A DNA stretch of 63,365 nucleotides, counting the filler, from Lentisphaeria bacterium (GTDB lineage Bacteria; Verrucomicrobiota; Lentisphaeria; JABSQK01; JAWLHB01): assembly GCA_041690595.1 (NCBI GenBank). It is 3 parts of 3 records of this genome, joined end to end, with 100 filler letters (N's around TTAATTAATTAA, not from the genome) between each part and the next. Parts side by side here need not be neighbours in the genome. Positions count along the whole stretch, not along the records: positions 1 to 24,203 come from JAWLHB010000069.1; 2 more parts are not named here. One strand, written 5' to 3'. Positions within the stretch are counted from its first letter, which is position 1. Every line of letters starts with the position of its first letter. Both the position numbers and the translations under genes were made by a program. Shown in pieces: positions 1-10,800 of the stretch. The notes under the pieces were generated by a model. It did no database searches and was not told the DNA's origin. It worked only from the letters and a program-made list of their open reading frames with translations.

Positions 1-84
1 CCATAGTACGAGGGGAAGTTCCGGATCTCCCCCTCAACCTCGCTTCGAGGCATTCCGTAACATTTTGAATTCAAGAGGAATAAT

Positions 85-108
85 TGGAGGCTGGGGTCGC
101 CTTCGAAC
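85..108. repeat. Distal att site (displaced tRNA-Cys 3' end)
   Basis: TGGAGGCTGGGGTCG (85-99) is identical to 24105-24119, followed by 3 mismatches (CCT vs GAA) and then a shared TCGAAC. Confidence 0.9.
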
Positions 109-148
109 AATGCCTATTAGCGCGGTATTCGGGCTGTTCCTGGAGAAG

Positions 149-170
149 TTACCCGCATATCTACCCGCAC
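149..170. promoter_or_regulatory. Putative integrase arm-type binding site
   Basis: TTACCCGCATATCTACCCGCAC, a tandem TACCCG repeat; related copies at 4931-4952 and 23969-23990. Confidence 0.6.
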
Positions 171-290
171 GGACAACTTGCATCGCTGTGATGATCGCCG
201 GAGCACACATCGCGGGCTCAGATCCAGATCCACACGGCTGGTGTCGCTGTCGATCCCAAGATTGGAACCGCTAACCGACCTCTGTTCCTG

Positions 291-728
291 TCAACTCCGG
301 AGTCTGAGAAAGGGCTTCATCATCATCCGTAGCTGATCATACTGGTCCCGCAAGTCATCCATTCGGGCCGCGTGGGCGTCCGCTGACGCTGCCCCGCCAA
401 CGTGAGTCGAATGCACCTCGAGAAGCGTTCGCCACAGCGTTTCTTCCAGGAATGTGGAGACTTCGTCGTCGAATAACCACAGGGTCTCTTTGATACCGTT
501 CAGGTAGTCGATCTGATCGTCTCGGGTAAAGTCGCCATTCGCCATCGCCGCGCCGATGCTGGCCATCACCGCTTTGTAGACCCTGTACCGCCGCTCCCAA
601 AGAGCTTCGCGCAACCTCCACCTATCGTTGCGCCATTGCCTCCAGGCGACATACGCGACAGCACCAGCAACGGCTGTCGGGCCGATTGCTTCGACGTATT
701 GGATCCAAGTGGGAAGGGAAGGCTCCAT
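291..728 (-). CDS. Hypothetical protein with one N-terminal hydrophobic helix
   Basis: Within ORF 291..857; likely start at MEPSLP; hydrophobic segment AIGPTAVAGAVAYVAW followed by a helical soluble region. Confidence 0.6.
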   Translation of the reverse strand: MEPSLPTWIQYVEAIGPTAVAGAVAYVAWRQWRNDRWRLREALWERRYRVYKAVMASIGAAMANGDFTRDDQIDYLNGIKETLWLFDDEVSTFLEETLWRTLLEVHSTHVGGAASADAHAARMDDLRDQYDQLRMMMKPFLRLRS

Positions 729-932
729 CACGGCAAAGATAGCCAATTGCGTCAATTCCTCGATGCGAGCCAAAGGGTCCGACCCGCTGCCGTGCCGCCA
801 GGAGCTGATGCTCAGCCCGAGACCGTCACAGCTTGTCCGCGTCGCTCCTGGCCACAATGTTACATTCCTTTACATCCGGCCATGCGTGAGGCCGATAATA
901 TCGAATGGATTCGCGGAGGGGGAGCAACATCC

Positions 933-1502
933 ATGAGACTGATCCTGTGCGCGGCAGCAGTGATGGCCGGCTGCGCATTCACGCCAATGAAGGTTGAACT
1001 CGCACCTGACACAGGAGTTCCAGTCAGCAACATCGGCGAGGGCCGAACCGTTTATCTCGCGGTGAGCGACGAGCGACCTACCGAGAGCATAGGTAACCGC
1101 GGCTCTGCCTACATGACCGGCGCCCAGATCACGCTAGGAGAGGATCTGACAGCGGTCGTGCAGTCGGCCATGGCAGAGATGCTTGGCACCAAAGGATTTG
1201 ACGTGGTTTTCGAAGAGCCTGAGGCCCCTCACTCGAACCTTCGAGTTGATATCCGCGGCCTCCAGTACGACACATCGACCGGCTTCTGGACTGGCGGTGT
1301 GGAAGTGACCGCAGCTCTGAAGGCGACCGCAGCGAATGAGTTTGAAACATATGAGAACTTCTACCGGTATGAGGACGAAGACCGTGTAGTCTTTGTGCCT
1401 GGCGCGGAAGGAAACAGTCAGCGGATCAACGCCGCCTTGAACGATGTACTGCACCAGGCCGTAGCGGATCGAAAGTTGCTCGAGGTCTTGGCTGGCCGTT
1501 AG
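933..1502 (+). CDS. YajG-like lipoprotein
   Basis: GGAG RBS, then a lipoprotein signal MRLILCAAAVMAG-C. VSDERP..IGNRG and INAALNDVL segments resemble the YajG family. Confidence 0.65.
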   Translation: MRLILCAAAVMAGCAFTPMKVELAPDTGVPVSNIGEGRTVYLAVSDERPTESIGNRGSAYMTGAQITLGEDLTAVVQSAMAEMLGTKGFDVVFEEPEAPHSNLRVDIRGLQYDTSTGFWTGGVEVTAALKATAANEFETYENFYRYEDEDRVVFVPGAEGNSQRINAALNDVLHQAVADRKLLEVLAGR

Positions 1503-1539
1503 CCCCCCTGCTGACGCGGCACAATCGAACCAACGGCCG

Positions 1540-2091
1540 ATGGATGTGACGCTCGGGTTCATCGCTCAGCTCGCGAAGCTGAGCCAGCCTGTCTGGTTCG
1601 CCTTGGCTATCGCGACGGCTGTCGTCCTTTTCGCTCCGCCTGAGCTTGCGGAAACCCTCGGCATTGATCGCATCCGAGCCGAGCATACTGCCGTTGTCGG
1701 CCTCACCTTCGTCGTCTCCACCAGCCTGAGTCTCGTCTCAGCGGGGCAGGCACTGCTCAGATTCGCTCGATTCTTATTGCGAAGGGTGGAGTTGAAGCGC
1801 CAGCGATCCGGATACCTGCGCTCCCTGACTCCAGCTGAGCGAGCATACCTGATTCCGTTTATCCGGGACGACGAGAACACCCAACTTTGGCCGATGGATG
1901 ATGGCGTCGCCGGCGGTCTCCTGCGGAAGCGAATCGTGTACCGCTCCAGCAACGCATTCAACGTCCTGGATGGAGTGCCGTACAACCTGCAGCCCTGGGC
2001 GCGGGAGGCCCTCCAGGAGCAGCCTGAATTACTGGACAGCTACGATCCGCATCTCTACCCGCGCCGCTCCAACGACCCTTGGAGGATTTGA
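1540..2091 (+). CDS. Superinfection exclusion B (SieB)-family membrane protein
   Basis: Two N-terminal TM segments, then LRSLTPAERAYL...GLLRKRIVY...YNLQPWA, the pattern I recognise for SieB-family proteins. Confidence 0.7.
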   Translation: MDVTLGFIAQLAKLSQPVWFALAIATAVVLFAPPELAETLGIDRIRAEHTAVVGLTFVVSTSLSLVSAGQALLRFARFLLRRVELKRQRSGYLRSLTPAERAYLIPFIRDDENTQLWPMDDGVAGGLLRKRIVYRSSNAFNVLDGVPYNLQPWAREALQEQPELLDSYDPHLYPRRSNDPWRI

Positions 2092-2098
2092 CCCAGGC

Positions 2099-3118
2099 AT
2101 GCATGAGAAAGAAGCGGAAATCCTGCGCGCGCAGGCCACTGAGATCGCTAACGATCCCATTACTCTGCAAGAGACAAAAACATGGACCGATCTAAACCTT
2201 GCTCGCTTCGAAAGTTCAATCGAATTTGCCAGAGCGCTCGCTCGTACGGTTCTAGCAGTCCCATTCGAATCACTCCCAGCGGAGGGGGCGAAGCCAATCC
2301 AGCAAGGCATTCGGGAGATTCACCACGCTTTCAATCAAGTCCGGCAACTGCATGAGCGGATGGATCAGAATCAGATTGTCGCTCCACTGAATGCCATTGA
2401 ACAAAAATCTGGTCGAGTGATGCCTCAGATGGCATCAGTCCTGACGTTCCTCCTACACTTCAACGGTCAACTGGACGCGGAGGTGGTACGGTTGCGACAG
2501 ACCGTCGCTGCCAACATTGAACAGCTTCGAAAGGCAACTCAGGAGGCGGAGCAACAGGCGCTTCAGGCCAAAGAGGATATCAGCGAGCTGATGGACCTAG
2601 CGGCCGGGCGAGCCACTGACCGAACCATCATCACTTTCGGACAAAGGTTCGACGAGCAGGCAAAAAGCCACAATCGTATTTCCCTCTTCTGGCTGGGGAT
2701 TGCGGTGGCTCTTGGGGCGGTCACCTTGTACTCCGCCGCGTCTCTGATGGTCGGCCAAGTCCTGTTTACCGGGATCTCCCTGCCGACACCAAGCGGTGAC
2801 GTCGCCGAAGCAATTCAGTCGCTTGGGACGAAGCTGGTTTTTCTTGGCCTGCTAGCCTCCGGCACGTTCTGGTGCACGAAAAACTTTCGGGCTAATCAGC
2901 ACCTGAAGACAGTCAACGAGCATCGCGCGAATGCGTTGCGAACCTTCGAAATCTTCCGAGATGGTGCTCACGATCCCGTGGTGAAGGATTCGGTGCTGGT
3001 TGAGGCTACTCGGGCAATCTTCTCGCAGACCGACACGGGCTACCTTGAGCTCAAGCAGGGTGACACGTCGATCATCAACGCCGGGATCGAGCGAATGATT
3101 CCAGGCCGGGCCGAGTGA
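2099..3118 (+). CDS. Hypothetical coiled-coil protein with two C-terminal TM helices
   Basis: ATG 7 bp after the SieB-like stop; Q/E/A-rich helical middle; TM segments [15 protein letters not shown] and [14 protein letters not shown]. Confidence 0.75.
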   Translation: MHEKEAEILRAQATEIANDPITLQETKTWTDLNLARFESSIEFARALARTVLAVPFESLPAEGAKPIQQGIREIHHAFNQVRQLHERMDQNQIVAPLNAIEQKSGRVMPQMASVLTFLLHFNGQLDAEVVRLRQTVAANIEQLRKATQEAEQQALQAKEDISELMDLAAGRATDRTIITFGQRFDEQAKSHNRISLFWLGIAVALGAVTLYSAASLMVGQVLFTGISLPTPSGDVAEAIQSLGTKLVFLGLLASGTFWCTKNFRANQHLKTVNEHRANALRTFEIFRDGAHDPVVKDSVLVEATRAIFSQTDTGYLELKQGDTSIINAGIERMIPGRAE

Positions 3119-3309
3119 GAAGGAGAGGACCACGTCGCACCGGTGCGGCTTTTTCCACGGGGTACCGGTACCGAAATTTCCGATCTGTCCATGGGCGTGG
3201 GGAGCGGGAATCGGCAGCCGCTGCCGACTTGAAGGTCGGGTCCATCCTGCTGGTTCCTGTTTGGAGCCGGTAACCCGCTCGGAACCAGTTACACCTTCAG
3301 CCCCCTTGG

Positions 3310-4224
3310 GTACCCCTCCGGCTTTGCCGATGGCTTTACGCTCTTTCCAGGACGCATACGCCATCGAGTGGCGGATCAGGTGCACGATGCAGGTCTGGAC
3401 CAGGGCATCCGGGAACGCCGTCTCGATGGCCTCGGGGAAGCCCCTTGAGACCGTCCACCACGGCGACCAGCGCATCCGTAACGCCCCGAGCCTTGAGCTC
3501 GTTCATGACGCTCAGCCAGAACTTCGCCCCCTCAGTCTGCTCGATCCACAGCCCCAGCACATCCTTGTAGCCGCTGCAGGTAACCCCGATGGCCAGATAC
3601 ACGGCCTTGTTGCGGACCAGTCCCTCATCCCGGATCTTCACCCGTACGGCGCGAAGTAGATGATCGCACATATCGTGTCCGGCGGCCGCGACTGCCACTC
3701 TCGGACCTCGTCGTGCACGGCGTCAGTGACCTTCGAGACCAGCTCCGGGGAGACGTCCACGCCGTAGAGCTCGCGCACATGTGCCTGGATCTCCCGCGTT
3801 GTCATGCCGCGGGCGTACAAGGCAATCACCTTCTCGTCGAAGCCGGGCAGCCGGCGCCGGTACTTCGCGATCGGCTGGGGGTCGAACCGGCACTGCCGGT
3901 CTCGGGGGATCGACACCTGCATCGCGCCGGTGTCGGTGAGCACGCGCTTGCGGCTCTTGCCGTTGCGATGGTTGCCCGCCGCCTGCTCCTCGTCCTGATC
4001 GAGATGCAAATCCATCCCGGCGTTCAAGGCCCGCTCGGCGATCGCCTGCTTCAGATCGTCGATCAGGCCGCCGTTGAGAAACGCTTCCTTCGGGTCCTCA
4101 CCTCCCAGCAGCTCGTCGAGCCAGCTCGCCCGTAGTCTTCTTCTCGGTCTTCGGTTCGTTCGCCATAGCTGTCCTCCCGTGAACATCTTATGGCTCACAA
4201 ACACAAAAAGCGCTTCACGGCCTG
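3310..4224 (-). pseudogene. IS256-family transposase, frameshifted and 3'-truncated
   Basis: RNGKSRK, LYARGMTTREI, EGAKFWLSV, VDGLKG and [12 protein letters not shown] motifs are spread over several frames; start ATG at 4166; IR-like ...TTTTTGTGT end near 4201-4224. Confidence 0.85.
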
Positions 4225-4878
4225 GAGCCAGAAGCGTTCAGTAGCGTTGACGCGACTGTGCGGAACCCGTGGGAGGTCATATCGTCGGTTCCGTAACCCA
4301 TGCGGCGAAGGGCTGCGTTCAGCGTGTTCTCGCTGATGGGGCGCTCCCGGCTCCGGAGCGACGGGAACAACAGGCGCCCTCCTCCGGTGTGCATCTGCAG
4401 CTCTTGCAGCACAGCGAGGGACTGGCGGCTCAGGGGCACGATGTGGCGCTCGTCCATCTTCGTCCGCCCGGCAGGGATCCGCCACTCTGCGGCATCCAGG
4501 TCGAACTCGCGCCACTCTGCGCCACGGAACTCACCAGGTCGGACGAACACCAGCGGCGCGAGCTTGCGGGGGCGCTGCTGAGGGCCATAGACTGCTACCA
4601 AGGGTAGCCTGTGGTGATGTACGCCCCGACTTCCCGCGGCTCGACGATGGCGGCGAAGTTCCGGCCCTTCACCGGGGCAATGGCCCCCCTTCAGATCGGC
4701 GGCTGGGTCGCGCTCAGCGCGGCCGGTGGCGATGGCGAACCGGAAGACCCGGCTCACCACAGATCGCACCCGGTGTGCCGTCTCGATGGTTCCCCGGGTC
4801 TCGATCCTGCGCAGCAGCTTCAGCAGCTCCGGCGCGGTCACGTCGCCAATGGGCCAGCGGCCGAGGTAGGGGTTCACA
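4225..4878 (-). pseudogene. Tyrosine integrase remnant, paralogous to the island integrase
   Basis: VNPYLGRW, TIETAHRVRSVVSR, FVRPGE and HGFRTVASTLLN closely match 22725..23939. The N-terminal arm domain and the C-terminal catalytic Tyr region are missing; frameshifted around 4600-4690. Confidence 0.9.
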
Positions 4879-4930
4879 ATTGAGCCATAACCCGTTGTTG
4901 AACGACGCTTCAAAGCGCCAAGTCAACGAA

Positions 4931-4952
4931 TTACCCGCATCCTTACCCACGC
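4931..4952. promoter_or_regulatory. Putative integrase arm-type site (internal copy)
   Basis: TTACCCGCATCCTTACCCACGC resembles 149-170. Confidence 0.5.
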
Positions 4953-5180
4953 GGCGAAAAGCCCAACGTCCGCGTTAGTAGGCATCCGAGACAACCAGAG
5001 TGGGCGAAGGCGATCTGGGTTCAAGCCGAAACGAGACGGCCAGCCATTGATGCTCTAGCGCCAGGCGATCAAACGCACATTCGGCAAACTACCGGCGTAG
5101 ACGTCTCCGACTCATCGCCTCAACCGACAAATGATCCCAGGCTGGCTGGTCCCGGCAACCTACGCCAGGAGGTAGGAGCA

Positions 5181-6389
5181 CTACAACACTTCGTCAGCAA
5201 TCGCCTTGAGCGATTCTTTATGTTCCAGCATCTCAAGGAGCCTGAGGTCAACGTACGAGACCGAAAACGATACAAGGCCCGTGGAATCCAATTCGATCCG
5301 TTGCCCAGGGCCGGGAGACCATTTGAACCTTGCCAACTCGAGCAGGCCCAAGCCCCTCTCGGACGAAATCGTCGGGGAGCCGTACTTCATCTCAAGAACC
5401 TTCTGCACCCTGTCCTTTAGTTTAATCGGCACCTCCACATAGGCCCCGCCGACCAAGAGGCCATGCCGGCATTCGTACTTCGTTTTGACGACCTCACCCA
5501 ATAGGCGCGTCAGTCTCCAGAAGTCCCCGTGAGGGTTGGTGCTTGTCTCTTGAAAACCCAATTCGGGGTGCCCGACTATCGCCCCCCTCGTGCTCACGTG
5601 CTCTAGCGTATTCACATCTGAACATGAAGATCCCAATGGAATGCCGCGAAAGGCCAGTTCTGAGCGTTGAAGGATCTCACGTTGAAGAGTTTCATTCCGC
5701 TTAATCTCATCGAACCTCAAGGAGACTCGATCTAGCGTCGAAAGTGCTTCGATTGGGACTGCAAAATTGAGCCCCTGACTGCGCAACAGTCCCATGGTCG
5801 CTACCCCGATCACAAGTCCGCTTGAGTCGACGACGGGCCCACCGCTGTTCCCAGGATTAATATCCGCCGAAAGTTGCAGATACTCACCACCCTCAATCGT
5901 CCGCATTCCGGACACAAGGCCGGTCGTAATGGTGTTGTCTAGGCCGTAAGGGTTACCAAGAACGAATACTACGGCTCCCGGCTTGACAACCGAGCTACTT
6001 CCGAGCCGTGCAGGATGCAAGCCTTGGAGCATTGTTTCCAAGACGACTAAGTCGATGCCGATCCCTCTTCGGACAACACGTATGGCATCGCCCCTTCTTC
6101 CGCTGCACTCAACCCGGACACTGTTTGCCTTTGCCACTACATGCGCGTTGGTGATGAGCTCACCGGGACCTGTAACAAATCCGCTGCCATACCCGATTTC
6201 GCTTCCATCTTCGGCCAAGGACATGACCGTGCAGAGCGAGGGACGGACCATTTCGTAGATCTCGGTGGCATCGAGTTGCTGAGCTGCTATTGCGCGATGG
6301 TTAAGGGAAGTCAGCAAGAAGAGTAGCTTTACGGCCAGAGTACACCAAAATGTTAGTGACCAAGCTCTGTCTTCAAATCGACTCTTCAT
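5181..6389 (-). CDS. Exported trypsin-like (S1C) serine protease with an unknown C-terminal domain
   Basis: Hydrophobic N-terminus; catalytic triad motifs ITNAHVV, DLVVL and INPGNSGGP. Confidence 0.85.
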   Translation of the reverse strand: MKSRFEDRAWSLTFWCTLAVKLLFLLTSLNHRAIAAQQLDATEIYEMVRPSLCTVMSLAEDGSEIGYGSGFVTGPGELITNAHVVAKANSVRVECSGRRGDAIRVVRRGIGIDLVVLETMLQGLHPARLGSSSVVKPGAVVFVLGNPYGLDNTITTGLVSGMRTIEGGEYLQLSADINPGNSGGPVVDSSGLVIGVATMGLLRSQGLNFAVPIEALSTLDRVSLRFDEIKRNETLQREILQRSELAFRGIPLGSSCSDVNTLEHVSTRGAIVGHPELGFQETSTNPHGDFWRLTRLLGEVVKTKYECRHGLLVGGAYVEVPIKLKDRVQKVLEMKYGSPTISSERGLGLLELARFKWSPGPGQRIELDSTGLVSFSVSYVDLRLLEMLEHKESLKAIADEVL

Positions 6390-6622
6390 TTAACCGGCGC
6401 GAAAACAGTCATCCTAGACATTGTAGAATTTGTCGAGAGACATCCGCTACATGCGATGAGGAGGAATTCTAGGTTGAGCGGTGTCTGTGCTTCGCGCATT
6501 CATCGTGTTTTGAATGACCACCAGCTCCCCCCTGCAGCAGCCGAAGCCTCGGGGCTGCAAACTGAGCACCGCCCCTGCCATGCCGATACACGCCTCTCGA
6601 GGGCCGAGGCGGCCAACCTACG

Positions 6623-7108
6623 TCACTCCTCCTCGTCGCTCTGCTGATCCTTCAGTCGAGCAAGGATCTTCTGTTCTTCCTCTTCCGTAGGGAAGCAATC
6701 CAAGACAGACCGCCCGGCGACGAAGTTATCAGCGCAAGCGATGAAGGGGGCTGAGAGTCCCAACTTTCTGAGCGCCTGCAGGATATCTTGCTTCTGGACC
6801 AGACTCGTCCCGCCCTCAAAGTACCAGCCATAGCCAAGCTCAGCCGGATTCTCCATCCATACAGGATCATCCGAGATATAGGAGTGACCGTCCTTGCGTC
6901 GCGTAGACTGCGCCAAGCTGCTATACACCCGGACCGTATCCCCTGCGGCGATTTTCCTCAGCAGGTAAACCATACGAGAAATTTGACTATTCCTCTCCGG
7001 ACTTCCATCCAGGAGACCCACTCCCCGATCTGGGGGCGCTGATGTCTCCCAGCGATACATCAGAGTGAGATACAGAATCTCCACCGGATCATTGAGCCTC
7101 TTCATCAT
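6623..7108 (-). CDS. Hypothetical protein downstream of the type I RM operon
   Basis: 161-aa ORF with GGAGG RBS, co-oriented 55 bp after the M48 gene. Confidence 0.65.
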   Translation of the reverse strand: MMKRLNDPVEILYLTLMYRWETSAPPDRGVGLLDGSPERNSQISRMVYLLRKIAAGDTVRVYSSLAQSTRRKDGHSYISDDPVWMENPAELGYGWYFEGGTSLVQKQDILQALRKLGLSAPFIACADNFVAGRSVLDCFPTEEEEQKILARLKDQQSDEEE

Positions 7109-7162
7109 CAGCCTCCCGCCAGCCCTAAAGCCATTCGCCGCAAAATTCCCCAGTCACCGAGG

Positions 7163-7879
7163 CTATAGGTCTAATCCGGCACCATGTCGCCGCAGCCACT
7201 CCTTCCGCTCGCGGAAGTTGGGCATCACCTTATCGACCTCGTTCCAGAACGCGTCGGTGTGATTGCGGTGGTGGAAGTGGCAAAGCTCATGCACGACGAT
7301 GTAGTCGATGATCGTCTGGGGAGCCATCATGCATTTCCAGTGGAAAGAGAGCTTGCCCAACGTAGAGCAGGAGGCCCACCGGTGGTTGAGCTCTTTCACC
7401 TCGACGCCAGCCGGTTCCACGCCGACCTTCGGCGCGTGGTAGTCGACCCGGCTGCGCAGGCGGTCGAGACCCTTCGCGACGTAAAAGTCGCGGAATGCGG
7501 TCTTGGCCGCCGCAATCTCGCCCTTCTCGACGAGGTCACGGCGCAGCGTGAAACGGCCGTTCTTGAGCTGCAGGGCCTCGTCCTGGTCGGTGACGAGCAG
7601 GAGTCGGTAGGCGCGGCCGAGGTACAGGAAGCCCTCCCCGTTCTTGTACTCGCGAAGGAGGCGGGTGGCGTTGAGGTCGCGCCATTCCGCAAGGCCCCGA
7701 TAGATCCAGTAGTGCTTTGACTCAACGATGTTGGCGACATGGTCGTCGTCGACCCACTCAGGAACTCGCACGACGATGCTCCCGTCGCGCTCGATGATGA
7801 TGTCCGTCGTTGAACGACGACTCCGGATCACCTCGTAAGTGATCTTTTCGGCGTTTGGTTGGTTTTGCGACTCTTTCAC
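7163..7879 (-). CDS. M48/YgjP-like zinc metallopeptidase associated with type I RM
   Basis: RWASCS and DYIVVHELCH...HTDAFW motifs; 4-bp overlap with the hsdR stop. Confidence 0.9.
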   Translation of the reverse strand: MKESQNQPNAEKITYEVIRSRRSTTDIIIERDGSIVVRVPEWVDDDHVANIVESKHYWIYRGLAEWRDLNATRLLREYKNGEGFLYLGRAYRLLLVTDQDEALQLKNGRFTLRRDLVEKGEIAAAKTAFRDFYVAKGLDRLRSRVDYHAPKVGVEPAGVEVKELNHRWASCSTLGKLSFHWKCMMAPQTIIDYIVVHELCHFHHRNHTDAFWNEVDKVMPNFRERKEWLRRHGAGLDL

Positions 7880-10800
7880 TTGATCAGCTCCTCGTGGCGC
7901 TTTTCGGCGAGTTTCACGATCTCGACTGTAAGTCGCTCATGCTTTTCGTTGAGCGCGGGGATGTTCGCCAGAAGGATCTCGGTGTCGATGTTGCCGCGGA
8001 GCCTTTTCACCTCAAGTGGCTTCTTCCAGAAATCGAGCACGCCAATCGTGTCCTGCAGCATCTCCACGATGCTCAGCATCAGCGTCTTCAGCGGCGCGCG
8101 AGCCTCTGGGGGAACGCCAGCTCCGTCGTAGGCGAGTTGAAGCACGTGGTCGTAGAAGGTCGTCGCCTCCCTGGTGAGCCCCTCGACCGCATCCGTGCGC
8201 CCCGCGATAGCCTCGTTGCGGAGCTGCTCGAGGTCGCCAGACAGTGACTTCCAGTTGTTGCGGTGCTGCTCGATGAGCTTCTCCAGCTTCTCGCTGAGCT
8301 TCGTGTAGAAGGCGGGGTCCTCGTCGAAGTGGACCGTGCAGTGCTTGCGGAGGGCGTGCTCCATCTCGCTCGCCTTGGCCTCGTCGTTGCCCTGGGAGTG
8401 CATGTGCACGTGCGAGATGAACTCGTCCGACAGCAGCTCCACGGGTGGGATCTTCGGGTTGATGCCGAGGTCGATGAGGTGCTCGTTGATGAGCGCCTTC
8501 ACCTTCTCGCCGGCGTCCGCGATGTCGAGGGAGTCGTCCTTGTAACGCTCCTTCACCATGCGAAGCAGGTAGCCGAAGCGTCGCGCGGCCCCGCGGTAGG
8601 GGTGGCCAGCGGGGTTCGGCAGGATCAGGTTGAGGCTCTGGAGGAACTTCTTCAGGTAGACCTCGAAGTCCGCCCGGCGCTTGATGTCCTTCATCGCGCC
8701 GACGGCCGCGTGGATCACGGCGACGTCGGCTTCGGGGGATCCAAGCTGGCCCTTGATGAAGGCCTCGATGTTGGCGACCCCGGCGGCAATGAAGTGCTGC
8801 AAGAGACGCTGGTAGCGCTCCTCGAGGATGGGCGTCTCGCTGAGGGCGCTCTTCAGGCCGTCGTGGATGTCCTGGGCGTCCTCTTCCGAGTAGATCGAGA
8901 GCGCGCTCGTCAGATGGTTCGCGAGACCGATGTAGTCGACGATGAAGCCGCGGTGCTTGTTGGTCGCCACCCGGTTCACGCGAGCGATGGCCTGCAGCAG
9001 GTTGTGCTCGCGCAGCTTCTTGTCGATGTACATCACCTGCTCGATGGGGGCGTCGAAGCCGGTGAGCAGCATGTCGCACACGACCAGGAAGGCGACGCCG
9101 GTGAGGTCCTTGTCGTGGTCTTCGAAATCGAAGGGGCGGCAGAAGTTCTCCACCACGTTCCAGCGCTTGGCTTCCTTGCGGGCCTCGGTGATAGCGGCGG
9201 GCTCGTTCGTCGGGTCCGACGAGACCACGACGCCCACCTTCAAGAACTCGATGCGCCGGATGAGGTCGGTGTCGGGCTCGGGCTTCAGCTTCTCTCGCTC
9301 GACGCGCTCCGCGAGGGCCTGCCGAATCGCTTTCTGGTAGCGGATGGCGGCCAGCTTCGAGTGGCAGACAACTTGGGCCTTGAAGCCGTCAGGCAGAATG
9401 TTGTCGATGTAGTGGTCGACCAGGTCCTTCGCGATGGCTTCGATGCGCTTCTCGGCCTCGAGGAGGTCGCCGGTGGCGCCGTACTTCTTCTTGATGGCGA
9501 GGATCTCTTCCTCGCTGCGCTCCTTGAAGAGGTCCTCGAATTTCGTGTCGAAGCCGTGCTTGTCCTTGATGGCCGTGTCGGCGGTGCGGCCCTCGTAGAG
9601 GATCTGCAAGGTGGCGCCGTCGTGGACGGCGTCCATCAGCTTGTAGGTGTCGATGTACTCGCCGAAGCGTTTCACCGTGCGCTTGGTCCCGTGTTGCTCG
9701 GTGATGAGCGGGGTTCCCGTGAACGCGATGCGGGTGGCGTTGGGAAACGCCTCGAAGACGTTGTCGCCGAGGTCGGAGCCCTGGGTCCGGTGGGCCTCAT
9801 CGATCATCAGAATGATGCGGTCGGACGGGTTCACCACGCCGAAGGTGTTGCTCGACGGAATGGCTCGGTAGGGCACGCCGCCGGAGTCGGCTGCCTTGAG
9901 GACCTCGGGTTCGGGCACCGGTCTGCCGCCGTAGGTGAGCGCCTGGGCGACGGCGGCCGGGAGAGCCTCGGTGCGCTCGGTGAACTTGTGCACCATCACC
10001 ATGTTGATGTCGGAGGCGTCGGTGCTGAGGTGCTCGCGAAGCTGCGCGGTGCTCTCGATGACGTTGACCTTGCCGCCGATGAGCTTGGCGGTGCCGGAGA
10101 GCTGCTCCTCGAGGTCGACCCGGTCGTTGACGAGCAGGATCTTGAAGTCTTCCAGGTCGGACGCGGCGCGCAGCATCCTGGCCACGAAGACCATGGTCAG
10201 CGATTTGCCCGAGCCCTGGGTGTGCCAGACGACGCCCGAGCGCGACTCCGGCGTCTTACCGGCGCGCAGGCGGTCCACGATCTTCCGCGCCGCGCGGTAC
10301 TGCTGGTAGCGGCAAACGACCTTGATGCGCCGGCCCGAGTCGGTGTCCATGAACACCGTGCAGGTGCGCAGCACGTCGAGCAGGATGGCTGGAGCCAGCA
10401 GCCCTTGGATGAGTTTCTCCTGTTCGCGCTCAACGCCCAGCGGGGGCGTGTAGGCCTGGCTGCTCTCGGGCCAGATGTCCCTCCACGCGTAGAAGTGCTC
10501 ATGACCGGAGGTGATCGAGCCGAACTCGGCCTTCTCGCCGCATGTTCGCACGAGCAGCAAGTTTGTGTAGAAGAACCGCGGCTCACCTTCGCGCAGGCCC
10601 GCCTTGATGGTTTCGGGGCGACCGTTGCGATAGCGGAGAAGCTGCTCGTATGCCGCGTGCAGCGGGTTGGCGGTGTTGGGGTCGCCAATCTTCGCTTCCA
10701 CCACCACGAGCGGGATGCCGTTCACGAAGAGTACGATGTCCGGGATAATGCAGCTCTTCACGCATCCTGGCGTGTCAACACGAAACTGGTTGATGGCGTG

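Noticed and set aside
3262..3286. TGGAGCCGGTAACCCGCTCGGAACC resembling a tRNA 3'-end att remnant
   Set aside because: Weak similarity; it does not match the tRNA-Cys core and has no partner in the window.
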